64,000 nt of DNA from a virus, in the IMG/VR virus record IMGVR_UViG_3300030380_005901, positions 64,001 to 128,000 of that record; one strand, given 5' to 3'. The position numbers were made by a program, and so were the translations under genes. Under the pieces are notes generated by a model. That model searched no databases and was not told the DNA's origin. It saw only the letters and a program-made list of their open reading frames with translations. Within the stretch, counting starts at the first letter, position 1. Each line of letters starts with the position of its first letter. Shown in pieces: positions 56,423 through 64,000 of the stretch.

Positions 56423-57721
56423 TTATAAAACAACTTGTACATCAAATATTACAAAATCGTTTTTCTTTTTAATAATTTGTCTATCTACTTTTCCGATAGC
56501 CAATACTTCTCCCGTTACATCAGTTATACCAATTTCTGTTATTCTAACATCATCATTTAAATCAATTGTACCATTATTAGATCTAAAAAATTCTCCTCTT
56601 CCTGCAATACAAATAACATTTTGTACTAAGTTATTAACAACACTATCTACAGTAGTATTAAAAGTACCACCTGAATAATAATATAAACCTAAATCATTAG
56701 TTATTATACCAGTTTCTGTATCACCACTAAAATCAGTTGCAATATTATTTACAATTGTTGGATCGGTGAATGCTAAAATTCCTTTATCTAAATATGCCAC
56801 ACCAATAACGTTATCTTTATTAATTCCTGTAGGTCCAACGGTTTTAGTATTTATAAGTTGTTTATTATTTACACTAAAAGGTTTTACTTGATCGTATCCT
56901 GTAGACCAACTCTTAGTTAAATCGTCATTAGGTCTTTGTACATTATCAGAAACCATATAACTTACAGGAAAATCTTTCCCAAAAATACCTTCAGTAAATA
57001 CTGAACCATCTTTATATCTACCATCTAACTGTACTAAACTAAATTGTGCACTATTAACAAAAGTTGAATAACAATCATAGGTTGTGATACCTGTTGCTTC
57101 ACCACCAGATGTATAACCGGTAACTATTGGTAAAGTTGTTTTTATAGTTTTACCATCAATCAATTCACCATAACTATCGTTATCTATTATCGCCATTAAA
57201 ACTTTATCTGTAGCTAATCCACTAAATGCAGTGTCTGACCAACCACCGTTGGTTGATGTAGTTCCCGTAAATATTTTCTTTTTAGATTCTAAAATCGGTA
57301 ACCTTAAACTTTCAAAATAATTGGTAAAAGGAGAAGTATTATCTGTCTTATCAATTAAAATATAAGTTAAATTACTTCCACTTACTACTGTTTCCCCCAA
57401 TGGTACTGTAGTATTAACAATAACATTGGACCCTGACTCAACCGATTTAATATTTATCTGTGTATTGTTTAAATAAAGTTTATTTTTAATTCCTACACCT
57501 ACATCTATATTATCATTTGTTCCACCATTTTCACCTAAATCACCACTATTTGAAGGTACTAACCCAGATGTTAATAACCCACTAGTCCTATAATTTGCAT
57601 CAGAATCTCCTAAAACAAAGTGTGTTAGTATCTGATTACTTTGAGTTAATAATCTTTCTCTACCAGCTAATGTTAGTTTTGCCGTTATTGATACCGTATT
57701 CGCTGAACTGATTAATCCCAT
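56423..57721 (-). CDS. Putative virion structural (baseplate/tail) protein
   Basis: AKLTLAGRE..F.LGDSD.NY N-terminus and ITEIGI....LAIGK..R.I C-terminus shared with next ORF. Confidence 0.65.
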   Translation of the reverse strand: MGLISSANTVSITAKLTLAGRERLLTQSNQILTHFVLGDSDANYRTSGLLTSGLVPSNSGDLGENGGTNDNIDVGVGIKNKLYLNNTQINIKSVESGSNVIVNTTVPLGETVVSGSNLTYILIDKTDNTSPFTNYFESLRLPILESKKKIFTGTTSTNGGWSDTAFSGLATDKVLMAIIDNDSYGELIDGKTIKTTLPIVTGYTSGGEATGITTYDCYSTFVNSAQFSLVQLDGRYKDGSVFTEGIFGKDFPVSYMVSDNVQRPNDDLTKSWSTGYDQVKPFSVNNKQLINTKTVGPTGINKDNVIGVAYLDKGILAFTDPTIVNNIATDFSGDTETGIITNDLGLYYYSGGTFNTTVDSVVNNLVQNVICIAGRGEFFRSNNGTIDLNDDVRITEIGITDVTGEVLAIGKVDRQIIKKKNDFVIFDVQVVL

Positions 57722-57732
57722 TTCTTTATAAT

Positions 57733-59937
57733 TTAAAAATCAATTGTTAGTTCAATAGAGGCAGTACTACTATCCGCTATTCTTATTGGTCTAGATAATT
57801 TACCTACCATTACTAAATTACCATCACTATCTAAAATACCTACTTCAGAAATAAATCTATCCTCACCTAAAGTATATGAAGTGTTACAACTAGTTGGTAA
57901 TTGTGCCCCATCTACATTAATTGTAAATAAAGTTTTATAGATAGTCGCACCTATAAAAGTTCTTAAGTTACCATAAAATAATCTCTCATCCCCAAAATTT
58001 AATTTACCATAATTTTCCCCTTTTGGTAAATCTAATTCAACACCTAAATTAAATGTATTCCCACTAGCATTATTATATTGACTACCTTTAAGGATGAATC
58101 CAGTGTTAGCACTATTTTGGTTTTCTAATAAAACTGGATTAATTGTTTCTCCTGAATTACCGGTAATATTATTACTAGTATAATTAATTTCTCTCCATTC
58201 TGATGGATTAGGTCTTGTTTGTGTCGACTTATTTATTTTTTGACTTAAAAGAACGAATTTATTAGCGTAAAAACCATAACCGTCATAAGATGAAGATTCT
58301 AATTTTCTCATATAAGGTAACTGATTAATATTATTAATTCTAAATTGTAAATCTTTATCCGTAGATGTATTATTATCTAAAATAGTGTACCTTTGACAAG
58401 GTAATACTGAAGTAAACCCACTGTTTCCACTAAATTGTAAACCGTATGTTAAAAACATAGTTTCACCCGCTTCTAAACAACCGCTACAGTCCCCATCTAC
58501 TGATGGTATAAGGCTGGCAGATAGATCGGGTAACGTATAATTTCTATTAGACTTATAAGACATTGCTGCCAATAATTCTTCATTATCTATTACAACTATT
58601 TTTAATTGTGGAAATACCTTACCTACCGCTAATGGTGCATCAGGTGTAACACTCATAGTAGGATCTTCGATTAAATCATAATATTGTATATCTGTTTGAT
58701 TTAATTCTTTTTCTATTGTATCAGTAACAAATGTCATACCTAATGTTGTACCACTTCCTGTTACTTCGTTTCTTCTATGCCAAAGGATAGGAATATCTAA
58801 ATTTAACAATTTACCACTATTTCCATCTATATTAAACATTTCTCCATAAAAGTTAGAAATACAACTATTAGTATAATGAATAACTGAAATACCTTTTATA
58901 AAAGGATCCATATAACTTACGGATAACATATCACTACTCAAATTTATTTGTGGTGTTTCGTTATAGAGTAAATATTGTTTTGTTCCTGCGTATTGTTCCG
59001 AGCCGAATAAATCATGACTATGATAATTTTCACTATTATCTCTAAATTGTCCTGCCATATTTTCAGTCCACACATTATTCATATTCCACACAGGTATATT
59101 TTCTACACAAATATCACAACTACTATCAAAAGAAAGTGTTCCTGTATTCCAATATGATGATAATGATGGTAATCCATAATATGTATCTTCGGGATCATCT
59201 CCACCAGGTAAAGTATAATATGTAATAACTGTTCCCGAAAATCCACTAAAAGTTGGTAGTTCTCTGTCCACTTTAATTGTGGATCCACTTATACTAGTTA
59301 TATTATAAACTTGATTTACTGTAGCTGCAGTCATTGTTGGTGTAGTAATATCACCTAATGTAGGATTACTAAATCTAAACATTATAAAATCGTCTTCACT
59401 TGTGGCAGTTAACGTAATACCACTTAAAACTCCTTGTATAAATGGTGTAGTATCAATTTCACCCGTAAAATTACTTAAATCAATAGTACCACTCTCTTTG
59501 ATAAATCTTTCTGAAGTTTGTGCAGTTAAACCCTCACTAACAGTTGATCCAGAAAAGAATCCTCTATCCGCAGCTTCATTACTTACCACACCTTTAATTA
59601 ATTGTAGACTACTACTACTATCAATGGGTTGTATAAAATTGTTATTATTATCTAATAAAAAAGATGTTAAAAATGGTTGTTTATCTTTAGGTCGTAATAC
59701 TTTAGAATAAATATTTTTAGTTACAGAACCATCACCACCATAAAAATAAAATTCTCCTGTGGAGGCGTTACTTTTGGGGACAAACTCTTTCCACCCTTTT
59801 ACGTAGTTATAATCTACTTCTGAATCACCCGCAATCCAAGAATTATAAGTTAATTTTCCTTGTGCTAGTTGTTCTCTACCAATGTCGGTTAACTTAACTC
59901 TTACTAATGCAGTATTTTGTTTATTTATATAACTCAT
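57733..59937 (-). CDS. Putative virion structural (baseplate/tail) protein
   Basis: VKLTDIGRE..GDSEVDY; ISEVGILD..LVMVGKLSRPI; late motif upstream. Confidence 0.65.
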   Translation of the reverse strand: MSYINKQNTALVRVKLTDIGREQLAQGKLTYNSWIAGDSEVDYNYVKGWKEFVPKSNASTGEFYFYGGDGSVTKNIYSKVLRPKDKQPFLTSFLLDNNNNFIQPIDSSSSLQLIKGVVSNEAADRGFFSGSTVSEGLTAQTSERFIKESGTIDLSNFTGEIDTTPFIQGVLSGITLTATSEDDFIMFRFSNPTLGDITTPTMTAATVNQVYNITSISGSTIKVDRELPTFSGFSGTVITYYTLPGGDDPEDTYYGLPSLSSYWNTGTLSFDSSCDICVENIPVWNMNNVWTENMAGQFRDNSENYHSHDLFGSEQYAGTKQYLLYNETPQINLSSDMLSVSYMDPFIKGISVIHYTNSCISNFYGEMFNIDGNSGKLLNLDIPILWHRRNEVTGSGTTLGMTFVTDTIEKELNQTDIQYYDLIEDPTMSVTPDAPLAVGKVFPQLKIVVIDNEELLAAMSYKSNRNYTLPDLSASLIPSVDGDCSGCLEAGETMFLTYGLQFSGNSGFTSVLPCQRYTILDNNTSTDKDLQFRINNINQLPYMRKLESSSYDGYGFYANKFVLLSQKINKSTQTRPNPSEWREINYTSNNITGNSGETINPVLLENQNSANTGFILKGSQYNNASGNTFNLGVELDLPKGENYGKLNFGDERLFYGNLRTFIGATIYKTLFTINVDGAQLPTSCNTSYTLGEDRFISEVGILDSDGNLVMVGKLSRPIRIADSSTASIELTIDF

Positions 59938-59981
59938 TACTAATTCTTATTTTAATATAAATATGCTCAATGTAAATATTA

Positions 59982-62906
59982 TTAATAAATATTTCCTCTA
60001 TTTGTGACAATTTCTATAGGAATTGTCGTACTATAGGTAACACTTGTTATTATTTCCCCAACAATAGGTGTATATAATTTTTGGTTTTTAACTCTATAAA
60101 TTAATTTATCACCAGCAACCGCTTCACTTAAATCAATAATCAAAGAATAATTATTTTGTCCTAATACATAAGGTGTAGATGCAATATATTTTACGTCCTT
60201 AAAATCTTCGTCACTTACATCTGTAACTTCTATAGTAAATAATCCTTCTTGACATATTGTAGGTGCATTAGGTATTACCCAAGATAACTCAGGTTTATTT
60301 GTTTCCACACTTCCAAATACACCACTAATAGGATTAAAAAACACTTGAATTAAATCACCTTTTTTAATTTCTACTAAAATTATTAGTCTTCTAGGATCTG
60401 TATCTGATCTCATATACTCTATATTATATGAAAGTTGGTTACCATTTAAAGTTAACCCTACATCACCTATTGCATCAACCGGTAAATAATACTCATATGT
60501 TTGTTGAGTAGTATTATAATATAATTTATCTTCTTTCCCTTGTTGTCCTGTAGGTCCTGAAGAAATAGGTTCAGTTACGGTATAATTATCAATTGATAAT
60601 TCATTTGGATTACCGTCCTCCACAAATGCTAACGTAACCATTCTATCTGCTAATGTTGGTGTAAAAAAGTCTATATAAAATGCATTAGGTGTGTCTGTAT
60701 TAGCACTATATTCAACCCCTTTTGATTGAATTACCCCATTATAAGACACTAAGGGATCTGATAAAGAGTTATAAAAAAATCTAGTGTCTCCAGATTCAGT
60801 TTTAAATGAAGTTACTCTTAAATTACTGATGGTATTAGGTTCTCCTGGCTCATTAATGAAGGTTGGTTCGTCCGCTTCAAAAAGATTTAAAAAGTACCAA
60901 TCTGTTTCGGGATTATATAAATTATATTCCGTACCTCTTTTATAGTTATTAACACTATTTCTTCTTCTACCTAATTCTTTTTGTATTAATGTTTTAATCG
61001 GATAATCAAAATATCCTTTTATTATAAATTCCCCCTCATCTATTTCATTTAAAGGTATTGTTAATGTAGTACCACTTTCTCCACTAAATAAAGTATAATC
61101 AAAATCCTCTACTAAAACGGGATTATCATTAAATACACCTCTCTCACAATCAAAAGAATAAATTTCTGCAGTGAAATTCAATTTATTTGGTTGTATGACA
61201 TTTGAAACGTCATTTAATATTAAGTCAAACTCAAAAGGAGTTCTATCACGATCACTTATATAAACATATCTATCACAAGATAATGTCTTACTAGTTATAA
61301 CATTTGGTAATCCCCATGTGGACGTAATACCTGTACTGATACCTGTTAATGAAAACCCTTCTTCTTCAAAATTACATTGTACCCCTAATCCGTTAGGTCT
61401 ATGTATAATGTGTAAAAAATCTTTTAGATAATCAGCAACATATATTTTTTCATCAGGACCCATTTGTAACGCACCTAAACTAGCAGTAATAGGTAAGTCA
61501 GCCACAATAATACTATTATCTACCATTTCAGTAGAAGAAGTGTAAGTTAAATCATATTGTATTATTTTATTAGATGCACCATCACTTACATAGAATTTAG
61601 AAGAATCGGATGAAAATTCTAAACCATAAGGTCCGTTTATAAAAAATGTGTCACCACTTATTAATAACTCATTAGACAATGTACCACCTGTATTATTAAA
61701 ATCTAATACTTGAATTAGGTTCTCATCATAAAATAGTGAAACTAATTTACTACTATCTGGTGACGTTTTCATATACCCCCTATTAGTATTATATGTAGTA
61801 CCTGTATCACTTATTACTGCAGATGCTATACCACCACTCTTTACCCTAAACGAATAAAATTTAGAATCTCCACTAGTGTGTGTTATAACCCAATAATCAG
61901 TTTCATTAAAATGAGAACAAGCGGTAACTTTTTCACAAATAGGGGTACTAATTAAAGGCATATTTTTAAAAATAATTTTACCATCTCCACCTGCCCTATT
62001 CATATCCACTAAACTATATTCAAAACCATTAGGGTTACCTTCAAAGTCAGTAGTAAATATATAATACTCATTACTATTTGGTCGAGGTACGATTATACTA
62101 GATTGGGTAGAAGTACCTGAACTTCTCAAATTAGCCCCTTGTTGCATAATAGTATTAGCACTAGTAAAAACTGTTTCACCATCAGTATAAAATAATAAAT
62201 TACCTTCTTGATTAGATATACTACTACATCCTTCTTGTGATACTACTGCACCACTTATCACAACAGGTGTTGCCCCACTTTTTATGGGATCGAAACTTAT
62301 ACCAGCTCTCTGCCCAAACAACCAATTATAATTTAATCTATCATAAGTATATTCATTATTATCAAAAGTTACTGGACCACATAGTGTGTCATTACTACCG
62401 GAAATAGGTATTTTTCGTGTTCCTCTAGGTGTAAATTGTGGATAATCAAAACCATAAACATCTGATCTTTCTTCATGTGAATACTTATCTTCATTACTTA
62501 CAGGCTCCCAACCTAAATAAATCTTTTTTTCACTTATTGCACCATAATGTTCATAAGTTTTACCACCATCTATATATTGCATAGGGATATTTGCAAAAAT
62601 TTCTTTATCAATTAAATTTTCATCTTCATCTAATTCGTAATTAAAAAAACATAATTTGTTAATAGGTGCATCAGTTAAGGCGGTATTACCCATACTTTGT
62701 GGTACGGGCTTAAATATTAAATTTTTAACCTGTGAAAGATCATCCATAAAATATGCCCTATTAACTGTAAATAATGAAGGGGATAAAGAACTAGCTAGAT
62801 AGTTAATATTTAAATTAATATCTACTTCAGTTCTAACCTCGTTTTCGGTTACTACTTTACCATTAACACTAATTGGGTTTATTATATTTGCCTTTATATT
62901 CGCCAT
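59982..62906 (-). CDS. Putative virion protein with embedded beta-propeller
   Basis: NWLFGQRAGISF, EGCSSIS..GNLLFYTDG, STQSSIIVP, YGLEFSSD, ALQMGPDEKIY, GLPN. Confidence 0.65.
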   Translation of the reverse strand: MANIKANIINPISVNGKVVTENEVRTEVDINLNINYLASSLSPSLFTVNRAYFMDDLSQVKNLIFKPVPQSMGNTALTDAPINKLCFFNYELDEDENLIDKEIFANIPMQYIDGGKTYEHYGAISEKKIYLGWEPVSNEDKYSHEERSDVYGFDYPQFTPRGTRKIPISGSNDTLCGPVTFDNNEYTYDRLNYNWLFGQRAGISFDPIKSGATPVVISGAVVSQEGCSSISNQEGNLLFYTDGETVFTSANTIMQQGANLRSSGTSTQSSIIVPRPNSNEYYIFTTDFEGNPNGFEYSLVDMNRAGGDGKIIFKNMPLISTPICEKVTACSHFNETDYWVITHTSGDSKFYSFRVKSGGIASAVISDTGTTYNTNRGYMKTSPDSSKLVSLFYDENLIQVLDFNNTGGTLSNELLISGDTFFINGPYGLEFSSDSSKFYVSDGASNKIIQYDLTYTSSTEMVDNSIIVADLPITASLGALQMGPDEKIYVADYLKDFLHIIHRPNGLGVQCNFEEEGFSLTGISTGITSTWGLPNVITSKTLSCDRYVYISDRDRTPFEFDLILNDVSNVIQPNKLNFTAEIYSFDCERGVFNDNPVLVEDFDYTLFSGESGTTLTIPLNEIDEGEFIIKGYFDYPIKTLIQKELGRRRNSVNNYKRGTEYNLYNPETDWYFLNLFEADEPTFINEPGEPNTISNLRVTSFKTESGDTRFFYNSLSDPLVSYNGVIQSKGVEYSANTDTPNAFYIDFFTPTLADRMVTLAFVEDGNPNELSIDNYTVTEPISSGPTGQQGKEDKLYYNTTQQTYEYYLPVDAIGDVGLTLNGNQLSYNIEYMRSDTDPRRLIILVEIKKGDLIQVFFNPISGVFGSVETNKPELSWVIPNAPTICQEGLFTIEVTDVSDEDFKDVKYIASTPYVLGQNNYSLIIDLSEAVAGDKLIYRVKNQKLYTPIVGEIITSVTYSTTIPIEIVTNRGNIY

Positions 62907-62942
62907 TATTTATAAATATATTTTATTTTATAGTTTTTTATT

Positions 62943-63755
62943 TTATTCTAAACAATCAATTATTAGTTGATCATCTTGATCCCATTCATTATCTCCCACT
63001 ACCGTAACATTACCTTCATATTCATTAGTTTCATATATTTGTGTTATAAACGCAGTATTATAAGTTGTTATATTTGTTGCAGTTGCATTTTCTCTACATT
63101 TTTTATACTTTTCTTTTAAAACATTTAAATATTGTAATAAACTATTATATTCAGAGTTTGACGTACAACCACTACTAACACTATTATTTTCTAAATTAAT
63201 TAACTGTTGTTGTATCATTTCTATTTCAACACTTAAAGAATAACAATCATTTTTAGAATCTACAAAATTCTGTTGTGATAATTTTTCTTTTTCTGCTAAC
63301 TCAATACACTCACTATTTTTTACTACTAATTCTTCTTTTAATTTATTAATTTGATTATTTAAATCTTTTTCACTTTTATTTATTACACTTAGTTGTGTTT
63401 GTAAATTATTTAACTGGTTTGTTAAATTATTTATAATTGTACTATTTCCTGTATTAGGATTGTCGTTAACATTGTCACCTACATTTGGTGTCTTTCCGTC
63501 ACCTGACGAAGGTAATCTATATTCATCGTTTGGTGTTTTACCTTCGGGTGTCATAGGATTTTTACCTATATTAGGATTCTTACTAGTATTAGGATTCTTA
63601 CTAGTATTAGGATTCTTACTAGTATTAGGATTCTTACTAGTGGGGGGATTCTTACTAGTAGAAGGATTAAAAGGGTTAGTAGACAAAGGTGGACTAACAC
63701 TTTTGTTACTATTACTTTTACTACTAATTACTTTTATTTTAGATGATTTTCCCAT
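62943..63755 (-). CDS. Low-complexity + coiled-coil hypothetical protein
   Basis: TSKNPN repeats then coiled coil. Confidence 0.65.
   Translation of the reverse strand: MGKSSKIKVISSKSNSNKSVSPPLSTNPFNPSTSKNPPTSKNPNTSKNPNTSKNPNTSKNPNIGKNPMTPEGKTPNDEYRLPSSGDGKTPNVGDNVNDNPNTGNSTIINNLTNQLNNLQTQLSVINKSEKDLNNQINKLKEELVVKNSECIELAEKEKLSQQNFVDSKNDCYSLSVEIEMIQQQLINLENNSVSSGCTSNSEYNSLLQYLNVLKEKYKKCRENATATNITTYNTAFITQIYETNEYEGNVTVVGDNEWDQDDQLIIDCLE
63553..63660. repeat. In-frame 18-bp tandem repeat (about 6 copies)
   Basis: ttaggattcttactagta unit encoding TSKNPN on minus strand. Confidence 0.9.
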
Positions 63756-63766
63756 TTTTATTTTTT

Positions 63767-64000
63767 TTAACTTCTACTACTTCTACTATTTTTTTTATTA
63801 CTACTTTGTTTATTTCTTTTTTGTCTTGCTTGTGTTGCTTTTTGTTTTTGTTCCTGATTAAGTTTATTTTTTATACTTTCACTTTGTTTTTCTTTTTTAT
63901 TTGTTTGTTCTTCTTTTCTTTTATTTTCTTTCTGTTCTTTCTTTTGTTTTGTAGGAATATTTTTTGCTTTTTGGTTATTTAAATCATTTTTTACTGTACT
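63767..64000 (-). CDS. 3' end of a K/Q/N-rich protein starting beyond the window
   Basis: Open frame STVKNDLNNQKAK...SSNKKNSRSSRS* ending TAA at 63767. Confidence 0.55.
   Translation of the reverse strand, partial: STVKNDLNNQKAKNIPTKQKKEQKENKRKEEQTNKKEKQSESIKNKLNQEQKQKATQARQKRNKQSSNKKNSRSSRS

Noticed and set aside
4780-62920. TATAAATA read as a T4 gp55 late promoter
   Set aside because: It lies on the template strand relative to the adjacent genes; the sense motif is TATTTATA, so T4 identity is not supported
63553-63660. 18-bp tandem repeat as a CRISPR array
   Set aside because: No spacers; in-frame coding repeat (TSKNPN)
3121-63982. Many short opposite-strand ORFs in the track (e.g. 6223..6531, 14999..15421, 30266..30682, 41518..42000, 48213..48617, 63460..63861)
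   Set aside because: Largely or fully overlap well-supported genes and have S/F/L-rich antisense composition
1-64000. Stop-codon reassignment as in some large Bacteroidota phages
   Set aside because: Conserved genes are full length in the standard code, TAG and TGA end genes normally, and no suppressor tRNA is seen

Overview
A 64-kb segment of a very AT-rich, large (jumbo-type) dsDNA phage genome. It uses the standard genetic code and most genes are on the minus strand. The host is almost certainly Bacteroidota: there are repeated TTTG-N20-TAnnTTT(G/A) promoters, a Bacteroidota-style tmRNA tag, Bacteroidota-like ClpP, sigma factor and Hc1, and a T9SS-type cargo protein. The window carries (1) host-takeover and proteostasis genes: bS21, ferritin, tmRNA, ClpP, DnaJ, two FKBP PPIases, thioredoxin, tRNA-Leu and tRNA-Arg; (2) two DNA methyltransferases; (3) a cell-wall/lysis region; (4) a sigma factor plus Rad50/Mre11, exonuclease, primase and RuvC-like genes; and (5) the start of a virion structural block. 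The most novel-looking element is a self-contained unit of host-type promoter, Ro60/TROVE-like vWA protein (DUF2828-like), two structured non-coding RNAs sharing a 5' motif and a closing stem, and a terminator: a candidate phage Ro/Y-RNA-like RNP system. Other notable signals are short ORFs that run without a stop codon into the tmRNA and tRNA-Leu genes, a shared MKIxxTExQ leader on unrelated late proteins, and apparently leaderless transcripts. All family assignments are from motif recognition by eye, not database searches.
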